A stretch of 42,912 nt of DNA from Octopus bimaculoides (Eukaryota): contig NC_068987.1 of NCBI RefSeq assembly GCF_001194135.2, positions 4,361,500 to 4,404,411 of the forward strand, written 5' to 3'. Position numbers and translations under genes: made by a program. Positions 1 to 9,454 of this stretch are shown piece by piece. Positions within the stretch are counted from its first letter, which is position 1; every line of letters begins with the position of its first letter. A model generated the notes under the pieces. It worked only from the letters and a program-made list of their open reading frames with translations, did no database searches and was not told the DNA's origin.

Positions 1-205
1 TCCTGTTTCTGTTGTATCTGTATTTCAAAGGGGCCAGCCTTGTCACACTCTGTGTCACACAGAATCTCCCCGAAAACTACGTTAAGGGTACACGTGTCTG
101 TGGAGTGCTCAGCCACTTGCACGTTAATTTCACGAGCAGGCTGTTCCGTTGATTGGATCAACTGGAACCCTCGTCGTCGTAAGCGACGGAGTGCCAACTA
201 CAACA
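1..205 (+). mobile_element. 3' end of a retroposon (RTE-associated SINE or LINE tail), cut by the window edge
   Basis: Non-coding, moderately GC-rich block ending in short AAC-like repeats (GCCAACTACAAC). It resembles a recurrent cephalopod repeat from memory; only one copy is in the window. Confidence 0.35.
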
Positions 206-261
206 GAGCAGAATATATATTACAATACATTATTGTGCCTTAATAATATTTTCACGAATTA

Positions 262-365
262 GAGTTCAAATCCCGCCAGGGTTGGCTTTGACTTTTATCG
301 TCCTGGGATTGGGTAGGCTGATAGAATATGTACCAGTCATGTACTGAGGTAAATATCATCGACTT
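262..365 (+). mobile_element. SINE family A, degenerate internal fragment
   Basis: GAGTTCAAATCCCGCC B-box followed by a decayed TACCAGT...GTACTG segment shared with intact family A copies (e.g. 9455, 18543). Confidence 0.5.
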
Positions 366-519
366 AGATACCCCCCCCCCCCGCCATCAATACAGTTACA
401 TACACACAATTGTGCTATCTTGTGTCTATGTTAGAAATCAATATCTTTACGAGTTTCTAGTCAACGTGTCTGGCAACCGTGTGACGAGATATCGCCAGAC
501 CGTTGCTGGTAGTTTCTAT

Positions 520-625
520 CGTTGTTGTTGTTGTTGTTGTTGTTTTTGTTTAGCCCAATACCAACCCTGGCTGAACGGACCTATAATCAAAAGAATTCCT
601 GTGATGACCCCTCCCCCCATCTTTT
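520..625 (-). mobile_element. Family D retroposon 3' end with (AAC)n tail
   Basis: (GTT)n tract then TTTAGCCC...GACCTATAATCAAAAGAATTCC...GACC, matching the reverse complement of family D copies at 16436, 32958 and 39245. Confidence 0.5.
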
Positions 626-781
626 CGGGAGTGTTTCATCTGGCACTACATTATCCAATGTGTCATTCCTTGTTTAAGACAGACTTTTCCCTGTTTAGGT
701 TCGACGTGAGGGAGATTCGGCCGCTCTTTCTTGCATATCTGTCGCCTTCTTGTCATTGTCATTGTTGGTGATATTACTTAC

Positions 782-944
782 CTTTGGAGAAAATTCCGGC
801 GATTCTCAGAGCTTCTTCGCAAATCAATATATTTCTTGAGGAAAACAGCAGCCATTTAACAACAATATCCAACTGTGTTTCAAGATCGAAATCTATGTCA
901 AATGCTGAGAATTTATTTTCCAGATTCTTTGAACAGCATGCCAT
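782..944 (-). CDS. Candidate coding exon of an unknown gene continuing off the left edge
   Basis: Open frame MACCSKNLENKFSAFDIDFDLETQLDIVVKWLLFSSRNILICEEALRIAGIFSK ends at a perfect donor AAAG|GTAAGT (781-776) in unique, non-repetitive sequence. No recognisable domain; acceptor and start are uncertain. Confidence 0.3.
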
Positions 945-1339
945 TAACAAACAGCTTAATGGTTCAATGGTTCACCTCTTGTAAAAACATCCTTATCTCT
1001 TTTCTCTTAGACGGAATTTTTTTATAAATCCAAAATACCAAATTCAAAATTGCTGGAATTGATCAATCGAAAATCGAGGTTGGTCGGGTCATTTGGATGT
1101 CAGACTTCCGACCAAACAGCGAATGATTTGGAATCAGGAATGCAATGTCTATTCTAGGGCAAAGATGCAGCTTCAGCATCGATTTTCCGGACATCGATGG
1201 TCCGGAACTTCGTAATCTGCATTAATTTCCGAGCAGAAACTTCAAATTACTGCGACTACCACACTAGCTTCCTGAGCGACCCTGTTTACTGTTGTATATC
1301 TGGCACACAATGATATCAATAAACGTGTGTCATCAACAC

Positions 1340-2665
1340 CTGGGGTTCTCAACCATTTTTTTTTATCTATAGACCCCTTTGATTATTATCTTATTCTGGT
1401 GGACCCCATAACCATTCGATGTATAAAGACTAGATTTATAGAAACTTTATTTACATTCGACGGATATTTGTCCTCATCTTGTTTGTTGCTCGGCGGAAAT
1501 TGAACTCAGAACGTAACGCAGACGAAATACCGCTAAGCATTACGCCGGGCGTGCTAACGTTTCTGCCAGCTCGCCGCCTTATGAAATACAACTGAATATG
1601 AAGTTAGCACCTAGGAGCACCCAACCAGCATGGCTGACTTGCATAGATGAGAGTATTTATAACCCTGGCAGCTGTATATGCTGATCGACAAAGTGGACGT
1701 TAGTGCGACGAAAATTTTGGCGCTAAATGATAAATATTTAACTGAAGTTTACAGGTTTTGTGCATCTTGAAATGGCTAACAAGGGTCTCCCATGATATAC
1801 TTGTTTTTGTTTCCAAACAAGATCTCAGACGAAATCACTTGTCAGACATGTTCGTTAGTGGTATTAACGAAATAGAGCTGGACACAAAAGGTTGCCTTGA
1901 CGGAAACCACTTCCAAGCAGACGATATGGAAAAGAACTATTTTCAATATAAACAAATTAAGTCTTATTGGTGAAATAGTTCTTTAGCGAATTGATTATTT
2001 GTTTACTGAAATAAGATTGTATTATTTGGAGAGCTTCTGTGACTAATTGAATCAAAAGCCTTTGCGAAGTCTATATAAAGTAAATCCACTATATTGTTAT
2101 GAGATTCTTTTGTTTTAATATCAATATATAAAGTAGTTGAGTGATTGTTGAATGATTTGTTTGGAAGCCATGGTGATTAATTAATAAAAGGTTCTGTGTT
2201 AAATGATTTAAAATGTTTTCTTTAATTAGAGAATCTAGGTTTTACTAAATGTATTTAATAAAGTCATTAGTTCATAGTTTGTTTGTTTTTTACATCAGAA
2301 GTTAATTATTTGTTTTGTGTAGAGGAAACACTTTGGCGATTTTCCAAGCGGAAGGTAAAGCGTATTTAGTAAAAGACAAAAAGTAAATGAACGATAAGGG
2401 TTTATACCCCACGTGACTCGTGGGGTGGGGGTCTACATTACCCTTTGGAGTCCACATAACTTTTAGGGGTCCATGTAAGATTTCTTTACAATATATTGGT
2501 TATACTTTTGTAATAAACAAAATATATTCACAATGTTTTTATACAATTTCTAATAATATTTAATTATAAAAATATAAGAGGAATTTTTAAACATCAAATG
2601 GCTGTTGGGGCCCATCTAAGTACAATAGGAATCAAAGGGGTCTCCTGGTTTAGACGGTTTAAATA
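1340..2665. mobile_element. Degenerate hAT (Charlie/Buster-like) DNA transposon
   Basis: Left end C(T)GGGGTTCTCAACC...GACCCCTTTGATT...GGACCCC is mirrored by GGGGCCC...GAATCAAAGGGGTCT near 2610-2645; the outer right TIR is decayed. Same end family as the MITE at 2722. Confidence 0.55.
1489..1580 (-). mobile_element. SINE family A, tRNA-like head only (nested in the hAT element)
   Basis: Reverse complement reads GGCGGCGAGCTGGCAGAAACGTTAGCACGCCCGGCG...CTGAGTTCAATTTCCGCCGAG, with A- and B-boxes. Confidence 0.85.
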
Positions 2666-2721
2666 TAAATCTTTTAAAGACATTGTGTAGAATTCCGCGC
2701 GGATCAAGAAATGGTCTCCAG

Positions 2722-2980
2722 CAGTGGTTCTCAACCATTTTTTACCTAGAGATCCCCTTAATTCTTAGTTTACTCTAATGGACCTCCATAGCTATTTGAT
2801 GTATATTTAAAAAAATCTTACTGTATTTTAATAATTAAATATCAGAAATTGTATATAAAAAAAAATCAAAAAGATTTTATGTATTGTAGAATTAAAAGCA
2901 ATTTGTTGCAAAAAATGTTATCAACAAAATCTTATACGGACCTCTCTCAGAGCCATATGAGCCCCCGTTGAGAGTCACTG
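2722..2980. mobile_element. hAT-type MITE, about 260 bp
   Basis: TIRs CAGTGGTTCTCAAC / GTTGAGAGTCACTG; 8-bp TSD GTCTCCAG (2714-2721) / ACCTCCAG (2981-2988). Confidence 0.8.
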
Positions 2981-3149
2981 ACCTCCAGCAATAATAGCGA
3001 ACCTATACATGCCTTTCTTAGCTGTAACATAATGCAAGTTTTAAATGACCCACGGTGGACTACGAAACAAAGAAGCAATCACATGTTATAAAAAGATAAC
3101 TTATAAACCTTTCTTTTCTTTCTTAAGCCCTTCACTCCCTTTCAAACGT

Positions 3150-3590
3150 TGGCCATCGACAATTTTCCTCTTCTGTTCTCGACTCTGGACTGTTTTTTCC
3201 TGTTTTTTTTGGGGTTTTTTTCCAGTTGCCTCCCTACTTTTTCAGTTCTGCTTCAACTCCTACACCCGGTTATTTTTAGCGCGTCCTCGCTTCCTCTTCC
3301 CTTGTGAGCTCCAGGTCGTGTGTTTCCCCGAATGAAGGCCTTCCCCTCTCAAGTCTGGGTGATTTTGAATTGTCATCAATACTTCTGCAACTTTGCTCTT
3401 TTTCCTAGTTAAGGGTGTTGTCTCTACGCAGACCCCTTTCTACTTCTAGGAAGAAGTGGTCCATATTAACCTGGCCTGCATTCTTTGACCTGTCCAGCAT
3501 CGGAGGCCCTACCTCTCGAGGTCACTGAGGCATAACAGCCACCGCATTGCAACAAGAACTGGACCTTATGGTGGTATAAACAATTACCTA
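3150..3590 (-). mobile_element. Highly degenerate RTE-like LINE C-terminal remnant
   Basis: Minus strand encodes GKRKRGRAKN, like the GKRxRGRP motif of RTE ORF C-termini; the surrounding frame is broken. Confidence 0.4.
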
Positions 3591-3622
3591 AAACTAAAAG
3601 TCATCAATTGGCAAGAGAAACA

Positions 3623-3671
3623 AGGCTGCGGGCTGGCAGAATCGTTAGAACGCCGAGCAAATTGCTTAGCC
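3623..3671 (+). mobile_element. SINE family A head fragment
   Basis: GGGCTGGCAGAATCGTTAGAACGCCGAGCAAATTGCTTAGC matches the family A 5' end. Confidence 0.6.
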
Positions 3672-3715
3672 TTTTTTGACAGACGGAAAAAACCTTTGGG
3701 TCTATTCTTTCATAT

Positions 3716-3860
3716 GGCAGTCCCTACATAGCACTAAAGCAACGTGAAATGAAGTGTTTTGGTCAAGAACATAACACACCGACCGACCCGGAAATCGAAC
3801 CCACGACCTATCGATCTTGAGCGCAACACCCCAACGCCCAGGCAACACGTCTTCACCATT
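3716..3860 (-). mobile_element. SINE family B (CORE-like), 5' portion
   Basis: Reverse complement has the B-box GGTTCGATTTCC and TTGACCAAAACACTTCATTTCACGTTGCT, shared with the 8425 and 12253 copies. Confidence 0.75.
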
Positions 3861-3869
3861 CAGTGATTG

Positions 3870-4215
3870 CTGTGGTTCTGTTATTTCCATAATTCGTGCA
3901 GTAAAAGTAAACAAAAGAATGTAGGGGCTGATTTCTGATTTCTTAGCCATGGTGATAGAGTGACATCCTTTTCCGCCCTAGACAGGAATGTCAACAAGTT
4001 TTTCCCCCGTGGCAGAATTTGAAACTAATAAAACATATGTCAGTTATACACCCATCTTGCTGCCTACAACAGGGACCTGTACACCCGTAGCATTTATTTG
4101 TAGGTCCGTAGATTCAACTAATGATACTGAATCTATGCCACACGTGACAGCAGCAACAACACGCTGCGGATTTTCAGGTAACATGCAATGAATTTGGGAA
4201 ATAGGAAAAGTCACC
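3870..4215 (-). pseudogene. Possible hAT (Buster/Charlie-type) transposase remnant
   Basis: One frame with two stops reads ...SVSLVESTDLQINA...V*LTYVLLVSNSATGEKLVDIPV*GGKGCHSITMAKK. ESTD and SxATGE motifs are spaced like the (D)ESTD...NATGEEIF region of Buster-type transposases. Confidence 0.35.
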
Positions 4216-4399
4216 CTGAGATATTATGTCTTCAGAAGCTTATCAATAAACATTTTCTGAAAATTAAAATACATGTTTTGTTGTATTTTGGGAGGGTCAT
4301 TATGTCAATAATTAACACACGCACTGGTTCTGTTCTACTTCTTTACCATTAATTTGTCAACTGGTTAACCAATTTGTCAATCAGTTAACTAATTAAGTA

Positions 4400-4858
<459 letters not shown>

Positions 4859-5194
4859 TCAACCACACAGCGACCCCTACGCCATTTATTTTGGTTTTTG
4901 TGTTTCTCACACAGAACACATCAAACGGTGAATCCATCTTAATAATTTGACAACCTCCTCCACTAACTACTACGCCCATGGTATGGATAACCATGGATGA
5001 CTATGGGAGAATATACATGCATAATCCTAGTCCGGCAACGATAAAGCCTGACCTAACATCAAATAGTCACAAAGCAACAGCAACTTATTCTGTAACTACG
5101 ATCACCGCCACCGCCTGGCTATCATACAAGTGCCACCATCTAATCCACTACATCGTTGTCACCATCAGTCGCCATCATTGTACAGCTACATAAC

Positions 5195-5395
5195 TGCCGA
5201 ACCAACCGGCAGGAGACCTAGAGGTAGACCAAGAATGAGAGGGTTGGATAATATCCACAGTCTTAGCTGGTCATGCTTGAGACTCCAGTTGGAAAGAGTA
5301 ATGACGGCTGCTTCTGATAGGCTCCTATGGAGGGTATGCCTGGGGATTCTTCAGCCACTACCCTCCCAGGAATAGTGGATGGTAGAAATAGATGG
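5195..5395 (+). mobile_element. 5'-truncated RTE-clade LINE 3' end (Rex3/Expander-like), copy 1
   Basis: Encodes EPTGRRPRGRPRMRGLDNIHSLSWSCLRLQLERVMTAASDRLLWRVCLGILQPLPSQE*, followed by a TGGATG/GATGG tail; typical RTE C-terminus. Confidence 0.7.
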
Positions 5396-5484
5396 AGAGT
5401 CTTTATGCCTGAAGCCTACAAGCCCAAGAAACCTGAGTTCCTCTGGATTTTCAAAGAACAATGGCCGAAAGTACAAGACTTTTA

Positions 5485-5652
5485 CCTGAACGTGTCCGTT
5501 GCAAGATTAAACTCATTTTAAGCTGAGTGTAGTGGAGCAGCATAATATGAAGTGATTCTTAAGGACACTATGTACCGCCCAGCCCAAGTATCGAACTCAA
5601 GACCTAATGATAGTGAGCCCAAGACTCTAACCATTAAACCATGCACCTTCAT
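5485..5652 (-). mobile_element. SINE family B, degenerate
   Basis: CTCATTTT..GCTGAGTG..GTGGAGCA...ATGAAGTG...TCGAAC...AACCATTAAACCATGCACCTTCA is the reverse of the family B head plus CORE. Confidence 0.6.
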
Positions 5653-6119
5653 TATTTACCATTTACGCCATAGTAGATCCGGCACTGGTTGCTTAATCCG
5701 GGCTTGGTTGAAAACCTTTCGATAAAAACTAAAGTTGTTAGAATGGCTATCCGACATATTGCTGTGCCTCAAGACACTACGTCCTCTGACGATCCTTGGA
5801 AGACTAAAAAAAAAAAAAAACAATCATTAATGATAAATAACCATAGTAACAAGTAAACCATAGTAACAACAACAACAACGACAACAACAACAGTTGCGGC
5901 AACTCCATTAAAAACAAGTCTAACAATAATGTTCTCGAGAGAATCTGATTTTATTGAAAGTTCAATGTGATACGATGTCGGCAATATCATAATATTATAT
6001 CAGATATAGGTTAGAAGAGAGAGAGAGACCTACAGCAGTTCACAATTGAATATCAACCGAATATCAAATATCTTGCTATCATTTCACCAGTCGACAAAGG
6101 TCACCGGCGTGGCTCCCGT

Positions 6120-6234
6120 CCTCCCTCCCTCTCTCTCTGTCTCCTTACTACTACTACTACTACTACTACTATTGCTGCTGCTGCTGCTACTACTACTATT
6201 ACTACTACTACTACTACTACTATTGCTGCTGCTG

Positions 6235-6270
<36 letters not shown>

Positions 6271-6303
6271 CATCGCTACTACTACTACTACTACTACTAC
6301 TAT

Positions 6304-6334
<31 letters not shown>

Positions 6335-6486
6335 GTTCTTAATGGAGAGGAGGGAGGAGGAAGAGAGGGAATACAAGGGTGATAGGAGGAGGAGGAGGAG
6401 GAGGAGGAGGAGCAGGAAGAGGAGAGGTAGGGAGGAGGAAGAACAGGAGGAAGAGGGGAGGCAGGAGTAGTAGTAGTATTAGTAGA

Positions 6487-6518
<32 letters not shown>

Positions 6519-6525
6519 TAGGAGG
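6120..6525. repeat. Compound trinucleotide microsatellite (CTA)n/(CTG)n ... (GGA)n/(TAG)n/(CAG)n
   Basis: Directly visible tandem triplets. Confidence 0.95.
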
Positions 6526-6540
6526 AGGAGGATAACCATG

Positions 6541-6624
6541 GTATTTGAACTCAGAAGGTAAGGCCGGACGAAATGCCGTTAAGCATTTCGCCCGGCGTGC
6601 TAGCGATTCTTCCAGTTCGGCGCC

Positions 6625-6627
<3 letters not shown>
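6541..6627 (-). mobile_element. SINE family A head
   Basis: TTTGAACTCAGAA...GACGAAATGCCGTTAAGCATTTCGCCCGGCGTGCTAGCGATTCT is the reverse of the family A 5' end. Confidence 0.8.
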
Positions 6628-6658
<31 letters not shown>

Positions 6659-6702
6659 TGATAATAATAATAATAATAATAATAATGATAATAATAATAA
6701 TC
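6626..6702. repeat. (AAT)n microsatellite
   Basis: About 25 AAT/GAT units. Confidence 0.95.
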
Positions 6703-6703
6703 T

Positions 6704-6910
6704 CTATTGGTCACAAGTGCCGAACACAAAACAAAAAGGGACAATACAAAACAAGGGACAAGGGATTAACACAAAAATACGTGTATACAATAACAACAAT
6801 AACAATTAACAACAAAATTTAAGCAATAAAATTCCCCCAAAAGGGGGGGAATTCCATCCAGGGCCGATCAAGGAACTCCACACATCCTGGTTACCCCGAT
6901 CAACAAGGGA
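6704..6910 (-). mobile_element. Probable LINE (L1/Tx1-like) 3' UTR fragment
   Basis: T-rich UTR-like minus strand with a GGAATTCCCCCC/GGGGGAATT hairpin, ending in a polyA-signal-like CCAATAGAG that runs into (ATT)n. Clade assignment is from recall only. Confidence 0.35.
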
Positions 6911-6921
6911 TTATGGCTAGA

Positions 6922-7077
6922 GTTAGGGTTTAAGGTTTAGGAGTACGATTAGGATTTAAGGCTAGGGTCAGGGCTTAAGGTTAGAGTTAGGGTTAGGAGT
7001 AAGGTACAAGGTTAGGGTTAGGGTTAAGGCTCAGGGTTAGGATTATGGTTTAGGGTTATCGTTAGTGTTAGGGTTAG
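6922..7077 (+). repeat. Degenerate interstitial telomere-like (TTAGGG)n array
   Basis: About 25 hexamer-like units, with several exact TTAGGG and variants TTAAGG, TCAGGG, TTAGGA, TTAGAG. Confidence 0.8.
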
Positions 7078-7283
7078 ACTGCTCGCTAAAGTGAGAATGG
7101 CCAGGTAGAACGCACACTAAAGATGCACCGAACATATATTAAATGTCCGCTAGGAGACATCACATAATATTTGACCTATCTGGAAGCTTTGACTTTTCTT
7201 TTGTTTTGTTCCATTCCACATGATCTCTGGCGTTTCATCTGTTCTTAATTTCTTTGATTAATTGCAAAGATCACCTGATCTGA

Positions 7284-7315
<32 letters not shown>

Positions 7316-7756
7316 GGAACTTTATTTTATTAAGTGTTCCCCATCAAATATTAACCAAAATATTTGCAATTACTTAATTAACCGCATCAATCTAATCTAA
7401 TCATCACTTTCTGACCGACTTAACCCATTACATATAACAGCCATATCTTCCTCATATCGCATTTAAATAATGAAGGCCCTCATACACACACGCACACACA
7501 CACGCGCGCACAAACACACAAACACACACACACAAGCGCATACGCACACACACACCAGCGCATACGCAGAAACATATTTTTCAAATCTGATTTGAAACCA
7601 CTTTGATGAGTGCCAATGCATGAAACTCTCGGCCCTTCAGTCACTGTGACTTCTGCCGATTATTAATATTTTTAAAAAATGTTACGTATACTCACGTTTT
7701 GAGATCTATTTTCCTGCTTGCATCACCAAACGTAGATATGTATACATTCATACATA

Positions 7757-7793
<37 letters not shown>

Positions 7794-7884
7794 CATATAT
7801 ATATTTATAACCAAAAATGCAAGTTCTAAAACCTCTCGAAGAGATCACCACAGTAGTTGTTATAACAAGTAATGTTCGTAGCCA

Positions 7885-8010
7885 CTTTAACAAACCGGCG
7901 TTGGTTTGTTCATGTCCTCGTGACTTGGCTGTTGGGCAACAGATCCGATAGAAAAGATACCGGTTTCGATGTGGTCGACTAAATCCCTTCACGGCGGCGC
8001 CCCCCGCAAT
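7885..8010 (+). mobile_element. SINE family C 3' half, degenerate
   Basis: AACCGGCGTTGGTTTGTTCATGTCCTCGTGACTT...CCGATAGAA...GGTCGACTAAA..GGCGGCGCCCC matches the 3' half of the 26369 copy. Confidence 0.5.
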
Positions 8011-8035
8011 AATTGAAACAATTAAAACAGACATA

Positions 8036-8262
8036 ACATGGCAGTCCTGGTTTAGGATGAATGTAATTTAGGATGCTGTAATTTAGCCCCAGGAGACATT
8101 GTCTCCAGCTGGCTATACGACAGGATCTGTGTCCTTATATTTTCGAACAAGGGAATCTAGCACCCCTCATTCAGCTCAATGCAATATCTGTTTTGTCCCA
8201 GCAGACGATGTCTCCTGGGGCTAAATTACAGCAACATTCGTCCTAAACCAGGACTGCCATGT
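8036..8262. mobile_element. MITE with roughly 70-bp TIRs and TA TSD (Tc1/mariner-type)
   Basis: ACATGGCAGTCCTGGTTTAGGATGAATGT...GCTGTAATTTAGCCCCAGGAGACATTGTCT is inverted at 8199-8262; TA at 8034-8035 and 8263-8264. Confidence 0.85.
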
Positions 8263-8424
8263 TATGTTGGCAAACAGTCTTTACTACAAAGTACTGTTGC
8301 TGAATATCTCCTGTTATGAAATTTACAAATAGTAATTTTCTAAGTCTGATATAGTTATTTGGGACAGAAAAGAAAGCAAAGTATAACTATTGAGGTCAGC
8401 TACGCTGTAGATGTGAACATTTTT

Positions 8425-8652
8425 GTGGAGGCGCGTGGCTTAGTGGTTAGGGTGTCAGCATCATAATCGTAAGATTGCGGTTTCGATTCCTGGACCGGGT
8501 GACGCTTTGTGTTCTTGAGCAAAACACTTCATTTCACGTTGCTCCAGTCCACTCAGCTGGCAAAAATGAGTAACGGTGCGATGGACTGGCGTCCCGTCCA
8601 CCTGGGGAACACATACGTCATTGAAACCGTGAAACCGGGCCCATGAGCCTGG
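8425..8652 (+). mobile_element. SINE family B (CORE-like), young, 3' end truncated
   Basis: A-box TGGCTTAGTGG, B-box GGTTTCGATTCC and CORE-like body. Nearly identical to 12253-12519 but lacks the final CTAGGCTTTAAAAGGGCGCATTT. Confidence 0.9.
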
Positions 8653-8662
8653 GAGGTTCATA

Positions 8663-8720
8663 GCCATGATCGTCTAGTGGTTAGGACCCCACGTTGTGGC
8701 CGTGGTAACCCAGGTTCGAA
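8663..8720 (+). pseudogene. tRNA-His-GTG: tRNA-His(GTG) 5' fragment truncated in the T-loop
   Basis: GCCATGATCGTCTAGTGGTTAGGACCCCACGTTGTGGCCGTGGTAACCCAGGTTCGAA. D-stem GTC/GAC, anticodon stem CCACG/CGTGG, anticodon GTG at 8696-8698. Matches invertebrate tRNA-His except one acceptor-stem base; the 3' T-stem and acceptor strand are missing. Confidence 0.9.
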
Positions 8721-8968
8721 CAAGGAGTACTGTCGTAACCTGTTGCGGCGTTTGCGGGATGCAGTTCGTCAGAATTACATGCATCCAGTGAGTGGCGACT
8801 CCATCAGGACAACACATCTGCCCATTAGGCACAGCCCCTGCAGCAGTTTTCGGCCAAACACAACACTCCCTGTGTCCCACAACCACCATATCCCCCAGAT
8901 CTTGCCCCTTTGCGACCTTTGCCTCTGTTCAAAAATCAAATCCCATTTGATGGAACCCGTTTTACACT
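8721..8968 (+). pseudogene. mariner (DD34D) transposase catalytic-domain relic
   Basis: NKEYCRNLLRRLRDAVRQ / LHASSEWRLHQDNTSAH*AQPLQQFSAKHNTPCVPQPPYPPDLAP / CDLCLCSKIKSHL. There are 34 residues between the D of HQDN and the D of PCD; frameshifts and a stop. Confidence 0.85.
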
Positions 8969-8988
8969 TGAGTGGACTAGAACATCGG

Positions 8989-9104
8989 TGAAACGAAGTG
9001 TTTTGCCCAAGAACTCAACGCACCGCCTGGTCGGCGGGATTGAAACTATAATCGTTACAATCGTGCGCAGAACACCCAAACCACTAAACCACGTGCCTTC
9101 ACTG
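8989..9104 (-). mobile_element. SINE family B head, degenerate
   Basis: GTGAAACGAAGTGTTTTGCCCAAGAAC...AACCACTAAACCACGTGCCTTCA is the reverse of the family B 5' end. Confidence 0.65.
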
Positions 9105-9454
9105 ATTACGATTTCTACTGAATCAAATTCTTCCTCTCGACGCTGCTGATGTGATTCAAAAGCAAACACGGCGATCTCGTGACAATAGCAGACAAAGACA
9201 ATAGACAGAGTTAAACGACAGCCAGGTATTTCCTTCATTTTACTCGAACGCATCGATTTTGTTGATTCAAAGGAGGCAGAAGAAGACTGCCAGAGCGTTG
9301 AAGAAAATGCTTTCTAGTAAATATATAGTTACGGTTCAAATCCCGTTAAGGTCAGCTTCACCTTTCTCTTTTCTAAGAACAAGAAAATAAAAAAATAAAT
9401 ACCGAGTGTGATGGCAGAAAACACTCGTGACCATATTTAGACGCACCCGAGAGT

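Noticed and set aside
782-944. Faint resemblance of the exon peptide to a sirtuin N-terminal helix-strand
   Set aside because: The diagnostic GAGxS motif is absent, so no assignment was made.
784-984. Plus-strand ORF MEKIPAIL...
   Set aside because: Starts at TTG, has no splice signals, and is the antisense shadow of the better-supported minus-strand frame.
8425-8500. SINE heads as functional tRNA genes (also 12253, 26369, 9455)
   Set aside because: A/B boxes are present, but there is no complete cloverleaf or acceptor stem and they run into SINE bodies.
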